A DNA stretch of 64,000 nucleotides from Lama guanicoe (Eukaryota). Shown here piece after piece: positions 1-10,000 of the stretch. The stretch's first letter is position 1, and the number at the start of each line of letters is the position of its first letter. Both the position numbers and the translations under genes were made by a program. The notes below the pieces were generated by a model. That model did not search any database. It was not told where the DNA came from and saw nothing but the letters and a program-made list of their open reading frames with translations. The stretch lies in assembly GCA_013239625.1 (NCBI GenBank), contig MU053559.1, positions 124,001 through 188,000 of the forward strand, given 5' to 3'.

Positions 1-1964
1 GTACGTGTACCCAAGGTCTCTGGCCGACGGTGCTGGAGTAAGGACACAAGTGTACATGGAGTGCCAGTCTCGAGGCAAGCGGCCTCGATTAGGAGGGCGA
101 GGTGGTACCTGGGGCCGGTGTTCCATGAAAGTGGCATTGGGAAGGCGACTGTCTGTGACCTCTATGTCCGCAGAATCGAGCACGCTAACGGCTGGGGGAT
201 GAAAGAGGCAGTCGGCAGAGTACGATACAGAAACCATCTAGGATCTGCTAACTGAATTAATATACTAGCCTCAGCTCATTTCCTTCCCCCTAGAAAGCAC
301 AGACTTGCCTATTTAACTAGGCTCCGCCCCCACGAATAGGTATCCAGATCCCGCCTTCTTAACTAATTTTGGAACTGAATAACCCTCCAGACCTTCCTAC
401 TTTCTTCTAGTAATACGAAGATCCCGCCTCTCATATTAAACCCGTAGCCCCCACCCTGGAAAGAGCTACTCTCGGATTCGGCTGCTGAAGATTCCAGGGC
501 CCGCCCTCTCATTAGCCTATGAACCTCAACCTCTCCTTGACATTTCAAGACACGCCCCCAGTGCGTTTATACGCTCCACCCCTTGACTAGTCGTCTAGGC
601 CCGCCCCGTAACTAAATCCCCATCCTCTACCCTCTCCAGTCTCCGCCTCCTCAGAAATGCCACTCGAAACCCAGCTGAAAAAAGACAGATCCAATCCCGC
701 ACCAACGATGAATCTTGCAACGTTCACCTACTGCAATAACCCTCTCTATGTCACCTCCTAGAGGAATATTCTAGGATAACCCCAGCCGCCTCGAATCGCC
801 ACCGAGCCCCGCCCTCCCAACTCACGCCCATGGGCCCCACCCAGCGGAGTAACTAGCAACCCCGGGCCCGCCACCTCAGAACCCAGCTCCACTCCGGCCA
901 CGCCCTCCAGGAGGCCCAGCCCCCATCACGCACCCTCCTTGGGGCGCAGGCGCAATGAGACGCCGGCCCTGCGAACCAGCGCCGCCACGTCGGCCGCGGC
1001 TCGGGCCGCCAGGGGGCGCGCGTCCAGCCGCGCCAGGAGCTGCCGGGCGCTGGGGCCCGCGGGCGGGGAAAGGCCGCGGCCTGCGCGAGTGAAAAGAACA
1101 GATCAGCGCCCACCCTGAGCCTCAGCGAACCACCACACCCCCGACGATCGAAGACCTAGTATGCCCCTCAAGATCCCCGGGGACCGAGACCACGCCCTCC
1201 GTAGTTCCAGAGGTCGCCGACTGTCCCTCTCACCTCCCGCTATCCCCGACCATCGCGGGTGTGCCCGTGGACCCCCCGCCTGACCCCACGATATCCCTGG
1301 AGATAGCTGTTTAACCTCAATACTCCTGGACACCTCCCAACACCCCGCAAATACCTCTGGAGGTCTCCGACTGCCCCCTTGTAACTCCGGACTACAAACT
1401 CTCCTCCCCAATATGGAGAGGGACCTAGATTTCCCCCAGATGTCCCGACAGAACACGGTCTGCCCCCCACCCCAGTGGCCGCGGCACCCCCGAGTCCCAT
1501 TCCAGATATCCTAGGCAACCCTGACGGCCCACGTAGCCCCAGAGTGCCCCTCCACACATCCCCAGAGGCCCCCGCCTCACTCCCCAAAATGCACCACAGA
1601 CCCTGAGTGCCCAGGTGTCCCCAGTGACCCGGGCAGACCCCTCTGACACATCTCCCCTGAGATTCCCGAGAGCCCCCGGGTCTGGTGCGCTGCCCCGCAG
1701 CGCGGGTGTGGGTGCGGGTGCAGGTAGGGGGCCTCGAGCCCAGCCCCGGTCGCTGGGCCCCTGCCCTCTACGGCCGCCGCCTGCCCGCCGCCGCCGCCGC
1801 CGCTTGGGCGCCAGGGCTGCTTTGTTTACCACCTGTCGAAAGGAAAAGGTGAGGAGCAGACAGGAGGGGCGAGGGCTGGCAGGGACGCGCCCGCTCCCTC
1901 CCCCCCGCCCCGTACCTCCTCTGCTCCTCCTAGGGTCCGCGGCGCCCCCCGCAAGCCGCTCCAT
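1..1964 (-). CDS. MAGIX: MAGI family member X-linked (PDZ protein), first 4 coding exons; gene continues off the left edge
   Basis: Exons 1964-1916 (MERLAGGAADPRRSRG, G|gtacgg), 1080-934 (GRGLSPPAGPSARQLLARLDARPLAARAAADVAALVRRAGVSLRLRPKE), 191-109 (AVSVLDSADIEVTDSRLPNATFMEHRPQ), 32-1 (HRRPETLGTR...). All GT-AG with matching phases; peptide matches the remembered human MAGIX N-terminus; synteny next to GPKOW. Confidence 0.92.
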
Positions 1965-2653
1965 GACCAGGAGTCGGCGGGGTGGACGCACGGCCGCCAG
2001 CGACGCGTTTGGAGCGCCCGGGCGCGCTCACCTGGCGGCCCGCCCGGGCCTGGACGCGGCTGAGGCCGGCCGGTCCCGTGCCCGGCGCCCCGACCAGCGC
2101 CGTGACCTACCTGGCGGCCGGCAAGGAGGCCAGGCTGTGGGAGCCAGCGCGAGCGCTTGGCCTCGCTCTGTCTCAGGCGCTGCCTCTGTTTCCCAGGACC
2201 GTGGGAAACCTCTTTCCACCCAGGGGATGTTGTTACTCCTCTGGTGAGAAGGGGAAGTCGAGGCCCAGACAAGTTAAGGGCCCCACCTGAGCTCTGACAA
2301 CTACCAAGGGGATCCAGAACCCGAACCCAAGTTTACCAGGGTGTTCTGCCGCCTCCAACAGAGCTTTGCACAGCCTAGGCACTCAGTAACTTTGCAGTGA
2401 ATGCTTGCCTCAGCTGGTCCCTACTGGGGAACTGGAAGAGTGTGGTGGGCTGGGGAGGGTGGCGCCCTTGGAGCCTTTGGGGTCCATGGGAGGCTTGGAG
2501 GCCCTGAGCAGGATAAGGTTTGGGGACTCAAAAAGTAGGGAAGGGCAGGCCCCCTGGAGAAGGAGGGGCGGTAGGGGCCTGGACTTGAGGGGGCTTTGAA
2601 GGCACGTTGGTGGGAGGGGACGCCAGCCAGTGAGAGGTGAGAAATGAGGTCCT
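717..2653. repeat. Left arm of ~1937-bp inverted repeat (palindrome arm)
   Basis: Reverse complement of 3917-5853; paired positions sum to 6570 throughout (mirrored ORFs 853-1113/5457-5717, 2405-2599/3971-4165), so no indels seen. Confidence 0.97.
1600..2200. promoter_or_regulatory. CpG island / MAGIX promoter and first exon (duplicated at 4370-4970)
   Basis: Very GC- and CpG-rich, (CCG)n tract at ~1784-1803, surrounds the MAGIX ATG. Confidence 0.75.
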
Positions 2654-3916
2654 ATCTAGGTTTGAAAAGGGGTGGGGTATCCAGAGCTGAAGGCCCAAAT
2701 GGGAGAGTGATTTGCACAGTGCTACTATAGTGGAAGGACGAATGGGGTGCAGTGAGAGAAGGTCTGTGGCCACCATTTTGTGGAGGAAGAAACTGAGTGC
2801 AGGAGGGGCCCAGGGCCCCATAGCCAGCCAACAATAGCTCTGGATTTGGCACCTTACTCCGCACACTTCCTTGGCCCAGTTCCTGTTCCACTATGGGCTG
2901 TAGATGCACTGTGTCCTGACATCCATTCTGGCTGGCTGGACAGCCTCTCTCATCCACTTTGCAGGGTCCCAGTGTTGTGGTACGTGAAAGGGCTGATTGT
3001 TCTCTGCTTTCATTCCTCCTGCAATCTCATGCCCCTCCCATCTCTGACCTGACCTTGTCTGAAGAGGGGCACACTGGACCTCCTTCCCTCCTCTGCCTTG
3101 TTCTCGTGGTGACTACATGGGGTTTTCACAGCTCCCCAAATAGGCCCTCTGTTATTCTCACCTCCCTGCCTTTGCCCATGCTGTTCCCTCTCCCTGGGAG
3201 GCCTTTTCTGACATTTGTCCACCACTGCATGTTATCAAGGCCCAGTTCAAAGGCTCCAATCGTCCATTCTTCCCTTTCTGAAACAAAGAAAGAACACATG
3301 TTCATATGCAGATGGTGTATGATTGACTATGAAGAATTGTAAACCAAAGTGCTTCTGTCTGTGGGGAAGAGTCCAGGCTGATTTATTTTCCTGAGTCTTC
3401 CCAAGAAAATTCGGTTGAGGAGAAAAACCAAGGCTGAGACCTAAGCATCCATGTCCTCTCCTCCATTAGGAAGCCTTGCCTCTCTCTCCTCTAGGGCCCA
3501 GTCCCCTCTCCCTCCCCCTGGGATGTCACCAATTCTGCAGGGCAGTGCCAGTCACCGGGATCATTGGCCTCTGGTCGTCTGCCTGCCTGAACTGGGATCT
3601 GCTGTGTCCCTCTTGGCTATCCCTGGAAGTACAGCTGATGTGTGAGCTCCCAGGATCCCCAGCAGAAGATGGCCGCATCTGCCCACTTTCTCTTCGAAGA
3701 AGCCAGGATGCTTGCTTTATATAATGCTATGTAAACTTCTTACCTATGGCTTGTGGAATGAGAAATAAGCCAACACTGGCACAATTATTATTCCCTAATT
3801 TTATAAATTAGGAAACAGAGGCCCAGACAAGGTAGCTTACTCTCTGCCTGGCTCTGTTCTTATTGAGACTTCGCCGCGCACTGAAGATGGAAATGGCAGC
3901 TTCTAATCTGGCGTTC

Positions 3917-5853
3917 AGGACTTCATTTCTCACCTCTCACTGGCTGGCGTCCCCTCCCACCAACGTGCCTTCAAAGCCCCCTCAAGTCCAGGCCCCTACC
4001 GCCCCTCCTTCTCCAGGGGGCCTGCCCTTCCCTACTTTTTGAGTCCCCAAACCTTATCCTGCTCAGGGCCTCCAAGCCTCCCATGGACCCCAAAGGCTCC
4101 AAGGGCGCCACCCTCCCCAGCCCACCACACTCTTCCAGTTCCCCAGTAGGGACCAGCTGAGGCAAGCATTCACTGCAAAGTTACTGAGTGCCTAGGCTGT
4201 GCAAAGCTCTGTTGGAGGCGGCAGAACACCCTGGTAAACTTGGGTTCGGGTTCTGGATCCCCTTGGTAGTTGTCAGAGCTCAGGTGGGGCCCTTAACTTG
4301 TCTGGGCCTCGACTTCCCCTTCTCACCAGAGGAGTAACAACATCCCCTGGGTGGAAAGAGGTTTCCCACGGTCCTGGGAAACAGAGGCAGCGCCTGAGAC
4401 AGAGCGAGGCCAAGCGCTCGCGCTGGCTCCCACAGCCTGGCCTCCTTGCCGGCCGCCAGGTAGGTCACGGCGCTGGTCGGGGCGCCGGGCACGGGACCGG
4501 CCGGCCTCAGCCGCGTCCAGGCCCGGGCGGGCCGCCAGGTGAGCGCGCCCGGGCGCTCCAAACGCGTCGCTGGCGGCCGTGCGTCCACCCCGCCGACTCC
4601 TGGTCATGGAGCGGCTTGCGGGGGGCGCCGCGGACCCTAGGCGGAGCAGAGGAGGGACGGGGCGGGGGGGAGGGAGCGGGCGCGTCCCTGCCAGCCCTCG
4701 CCCCTCCTGTCTGCTCCTCACCTTTTCCTTTCGACAGGTGGTAAACAAAGCAGCCCTGGCGCCCAAGCGGCGGCGGCGGCGGCGGGCAGGCGGCGGCCGT
4801 AGAGGGCAGGGGCCCAGCGACCGGGGCTGGGCTCGAGGCCCCCTACCTGCACCCGCACCCACACCCGCGCTGCGGGGCAGCGCACCAGACCCGGGGGCTC
4901 TCGGGAATCTCAGGGGAGATGTGTCAGAGGGGTCTGCCCGGGTCACTGGGGACACCTGGGCACTCAGGGTCTGTGGTGCATTTTGGGGAGTGAGGCGGGG
5001 GCCTCTGGGGATGTGTGGAGGGGCACTCTGGGGCTACGTGGGCCGTCAGGGTTGCCTAGGATATCTGGAATGGGACTCGGGGGTGCCGCGGCCACTGGGG
5101 TGGGGGGCAGACCGTGTTCTGTCGGGACATCTGGGGGAAATCTAGGTCCCTCTCCATATTGGGGAGGAGAGTTTGTAGTCCGGAGTTACAAGGGGGCAGT
5201 CGGAGACCTCCAGAGGTATTTGCGGGGTGTTGGGAGGTGTCCAGGAGTATTGAGGTTAAACAGCTATCTCCAGGGATATCGTGGGGTCAGGCGGGGGGTC
5301 CACGGGCACACCCGCGATGGTCGGGGATAGCGGGAGGTGAGAGGGACAGTCGGCGACCTCTGGAACTACGGAGGGCGTGGTCTCGGTCCCCGGGGATCTT
5401 GAGGGGCATACTAGGTCTTCGATCGTCGGGGGTGTGGTGGTTCGCTGAGGCTCAGGGTGGGCGCTGATCTGTTCTTTTCACTCGCGCAGGCCGCGGCCTT
5501 TCCCCGCCCGCGGGCCCCAGCGCCCGGCAGCTCCTGGCGCGGCTGGACGCGCGCCCCCTGGCGGCCCGAGCCGCGGCCGACGTGGCGGCGCTGGTTCGCA
5601 GGGCCGGCGTCTCATTGCGCCTGCGCCCCAAGGAGGGTGCGTGATGGGGGCTGGGCCTCCTGGAGGGCGTGGCCGGAGTGGAGCTGGGTTCTGAGGTGGC
5701 GGGCCCGGGGTTGCTAGTTACTCCGCTGGGTGGGGCCCATGGGCGTGAGTTGGGAGGGCGGGGCTCGGCGGCGATTCGAGGCGGCTGGGGTTATCCTAGA
5801 ATATTCCTCTAGGAGGTGACATAGAGAGGGTTATTGCAGTAGGTGAACGTTGC
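3917..5853. repeat. Right arm of ~1937-bp inverted repeat
   Basis: Reverse complement of 717-2653; differences seen at 801/5769, 1914/4656, 1928/4642 and 2648/3922. Confidence 0.97.
4606..5636 (+). pseudogene. MAGIX: Partial duplicate of MAGIX (exon 1 4606-4654, exon 2 5490-5636) without downstream exons
   Basis: Same coding sequence as left-arm exons 1-2; exon-1 donor reads GG (4655-4656) instead of GT; the repeat ends inside intron 2. Confidence 0.85.
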
Positions 5854-6374
5854 GAATATTGGACTTCCTGTTTTCAAGACCATCCTCTGAGCCACCGTAC
5901 TATTCTGCTTTCCAAACATTGTTACTATGTCCCATTTCATTTAATTATATGTATACTTTCACATTTAAAGGGTCCAATATATTTGCTCCATTCAAGCCAT
6001 GTGCCCATTTAGCCCATCCCGTAATGTTGTTCATTTAAGTGGTCTTCAAGCTTTTGCTACAATAAATAATACTCTGATGAATCTTGTATAAATTTTTTTT
6101 GCACATCTTCGATGATTTCCTTGGGAAGAATTTTTAGCAGATTTGTAGTATTCTTTCTTATGACTATTTAAGTATCAGTCTCTTAAGGTCCTACACAAGA
6201 GGAGTCTATCTCATTAATCTTCTGAAGCCTTAGGATCTGGCTCTCACGACATATTTAAAGTTGGTAGGAATTGTTTTTGCTTTTGTTTTTGCTTTTGTTT
6301 TAATATCCGTTTAAGTGTCATTGATCCCCGCTGGAGTAGGAGCCTCTAGAGAGGAGGCCCCTCTATTTTATTAA

Positions 6375-6582
6375 TACATTTGACCCTTGAACAAAAGGGG
6401 GTTAGGGCAGCGACCCAGTGCAGTCTAAAATCCCCATATAACTTTAGTCTCCCCTCCATGTTCCACATCCTTGGATTCAACGAATCTTGCATCATGCAGT
6501 ACTGTAGTAGGTAGTTAGTGACAGATACCCACATATAAGTGGCCCCTTGCAGTTCAAACCATGTTATTCAAGGATCAACTGT
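6375..6582. mobile_element. TcMar-Tigger MITE (MER8/Tigger2-like)
   Basis: ta-catttgacccttgaac ... ttcaaggatcaactg-ta terminal inverted repeats with TA target site. Confidence 0.75.
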
Positions 6583-6809
6583 ATCTGAATCCAGAATTTG
6601 TCCAGTATTAAATCTGTCACGTGTAGGCACCATTTACATGTCTATTTTTTATTATCATACACAACTGGCACTCACAGATGTTTTTATTATTGACTTTTGT
6701 TACCTACACTTCCCACACCAGTAGGGCAGAATAACGAGCACACAGTAAACGCCTACAGGAAGGAATCAATACTTGGCAAGAACGAACCCACCTTCTACCA
6801 AGCCTACCT

Positions 6810-7035
6810 CCTCCAAGAACTACATTTCCCGGTATGCTTGGCGCCACGCTCTCCTGTGACGTAAAAAGAGCGGCAATTACTTCCTATGGCCCCTTAGCCT
6901 TTGACCGCCAGTGCCGCAGTGTTTCACGGGTAAAGTAGTTCTAGTGCTCGTGGTCCGCCCCCCGGAAAAGTGAGAACAAACTAAACTTCCCATCAAGCAG
7001 CGCTCCGACCTGGGAAGAGGGGCAAGATGGCGGAC
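6810..7035. promoter_or_regulatory. GPKOW promoter
   Basis: ZNF143/ACTACA-type motifs (gaactacatttcccggtatgc 6817-6837, reverse copy ~6920-6941, aactaaacttcccatcaagc ~6979-6998), CRE half-site tgacgt, YY1 motif aagatggcgg overlapping the ATG. Confidence 0.7.
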
Positions 7036-10000
7036 GCTGAAGATGGTATATTGCGGCCGGCGAGAGCCTCCACTGTCCCAATTTCATTCACCTTCACTCG
7101 AGTATCTGCCCGGATTCTGCTGGCGGGAGACGGCGCGGGTGCGGCTCCGGAGGATAAGGATTTCTTGAAGACCGTGGAAGGGAGAGAGCTACAGAGGTGA
7201 AGCGCTGGGTCTTTCGTCCGTTGGAAACCAGTGCAGTGGGTGCCTGCGGGAGGGTGGAATCAGAGTTGATTGTCTTGGTGACAGCGGCCTGTAAAGCCTA
7301 AAGCACTGCGTGAGGAAATTTCGTGGAAGCGAGAAGGCGGGAGTTAGTAGGAGAGGGGGGCGGAAATTGGACCTGTTGACCCTAGGGGTTGAAAGGAGAG
7401 GATATAATCCTGAAAGGGAGTGTCTGTAGGGCTTGGAGGCCCTGAGGAGCCTGCGTTCTGAAAAAGGGAAAGAGGGGAGAATGACAGGACTCCTAGTGTC
7501 CCAGCTAAAGCGGTGGGGCTTGTCCAATATGGCAAATGGGATGGAGCGGCAGATTCAGGTTGGAGGAGACCCTCATCAGCTTAATTGGGAAAGGAGAGCC
7601 TGATACAGGGACTTCCAGAAGAGAATCAACCATCCAGGAGGCTGGTGTGGAGCCTGGAGCTGGGGAAAGAGTCCAGGCTGAAGATGGTGATTTGTAGGTC
7701 ATTGTGGAAACCATGGAAGTGGGTCTTGGGGTGAATAGAGGGTCCAGAACTGAGACCGGTTCCTCAGAAGCATTGGTATTTAAGTTGAGGGTGGGGCAGA
7801 GAATCCAAAGAAAGCCTCACCAGCGACCTAACAGGAGAGCCAGACAGAAGAAGGGAGGGGTTGAGTGACTTGGGGCTGAGGGTGAGTTTGGCTCTTGTGT
7901 TTTTCCCCTGAATGAAGGGGTATGGCTCAGAACCCACTGATCGTGCTGCTCCCCCAACTTCACCCCTCTGTGTCCACATCAGTGTGAAGCCCTCAGAAGC
8001 CCCCAAGGAACTTGTCATCCCTTTGATCCAGAATGGCCATCGCAGGCAGCCACCCACCCAGGCCCCTGGACCATCCATACATCCTGAGGTCTTGGCGGAT
8101 GGAATGCTGTCCCAAGCTGTGAAGGAACTCATTGAGGGTGAGTGCTCCCTCCTTTGCCTTGCCCTAGTGAAGGAAGAAGGGGAGGAAAGCGGAAGGATAG
8201 GGTGGGACCTCATTGCTCCCTCCCATTCTTCCTTAGAATCCAAGAAGTCTCTGGAGGAGAGAGAGAATGCGGGTGTCGACCCCACGCTCGCTATCCCCAT
8301 GATCCAGAAAGGATGCACCCCCAACGGGGAAGGGGCAGACAGCGAACCCCGGGCTGAGACAGTGAGCTGGCCCCTTGCCTCCCTCCTTCCCCAGTCTCTC
8401 ATTACCCTGTCGGCCAGGCCGGCCTCCCTGAACACAGAAGGAAAAGTCTGTGTGTATACAAGAGGCCTGCTGCCTCTCCCTTCCTCCTTTCATCATTTTT
8501 AGAAGCATTAACAAGTGAACAAGTACTCGGATTCTGGGATTATCTGAATGAGACAAGGAGCAGAGGGAACAGGAAATGTAGAAATCCTGAGAGTAGACTC
8601 TGCCTGGAGTGTTTGAGGAACACCAGGGAGACCAGTGGAGCTGGAGTGAGGGGTATGGATAGTTGATGAAGTCAGAAGTCAGCCACAGTGAGGACTTTGG
8701 CTTTTACTCTGAGTGAGATGAGAGCCATGGGAGGGCTCTGAGCAGAGAAGGGACAAGACTTACGATTTGACAGGCTCTTTCTGGCTGCTATGAGCAGAAC
8801 TAGTGAGCAAAGGTGGAGGCAAGGAGACCAGCAGTCCAGGCTAGAGAGGGTGGAGGCTCAGGCCAGAGCAGTAGGAGTGAGGTCAGGAAGGACAGGGAGG
8901 GTTTAGTGAGAGATGGCAGAGCAGGGTGAATGCTCCTAATGGCAGTGATGACCCAAACACTGGCATGGTGGCAGGAAATGGCATGGGAGCAGGTGTGGTG
9001 TGTGCCTATCAGTGAGGCAACTTGTGGTGTGTTTGCAACAAATATAAAGAATTGAAGGACTGATGATGGGAGGTGATAACACGAGAAGTGAGGGGTGTGT
9101 CCACAGCAGTAACCAAGTCTGTTTTTCATACCCATGGACCCTACTTTTCACTCTTTACTCACAGTTTTGGTTTTTTGCAATGCTTTCTTGGTTCCTAGTT
9201 CTCCTATGGCCCCAAACCACTCTCTCTTTTGACTGAACTGTTCTCATTGGCCTTCAGACATCCTCTGGTTTCTTTCATCTTAAAAAAAAAAGACCTTCAC
9301 TCTCTCTCCTGTTCCAGCTTTGGCCTCCTTTCATTTTCCCTCCTCTCGTAGCCTTCTACACCTCAGTTGATTACAGTTCCATCCATCCTTCCTCTCACTT
9401 AGCCTAAAAACCTTAGGGTCACGCTTGACGCCTTTTATTTCATACCCTGTGTACAATCTGTCAGCAAAATCCTGTCATCTCCTTTTTCAAAATATATCCA
9501 GAGTCAGATGACTTCTCACCATCACCTCTACACCACTCTGGTCTGAGCCACCAGCATTTCTCATCTGGACTAATGCAGTAACTTCCTCTCTGGTCCCCTT
9601 TTGGCTGCCATCCTATTGTGGCTTCTGCCCAGCTCTCCTCAGCCTCCATATCTGTTTCAATCAGATTGACTTTCATGATGCTCTTCATACATAGATCTTG
9701 TCCTGGCTCAGGGCCTTTGCTCTTATTGTCCTCTCTGGAGCGCTCTTTCTTCTTATATCCTCAGAGCTCCCTCTGTCATCTTTTGGTCTCTGCTCAGATG
9801 TCAACTCAGTGACATTCCCTTCGCCATCCCTCTGCATCCCCTTAACCTCCTTTATTTTTTTTCACATAACATATCACTATCTGACATACTGTTTTATGTA
9901 TTTTATTTGTGATGTCTCCACAACTAGAATGAAAGCCACATAAGGGGAGGAGTTTTTGTCTCTTTCGTCTGCTGCTTTATCCCCAGCACCTAGAACAGTA

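Noticed and set aside
1103..2599. Long overlapping ORFs (210 aa, 188 aa, 148 aa etc.) and their mirror copies at 3971-5467
   Set aside because: Arg/Gly/Pro-rich products of GC-rich sequence with few stops; duplicated only because of the inverted repeat. The real coding content is MAGIX exons 1-2.
3780..3850. Short MIR-like fragments (also ~10540, 32440, 42440, 46400, 50790, 60280, 61830)
   Set aside because: Ordinary ancient SINE remnants with boundaries too uncertain to list individually.
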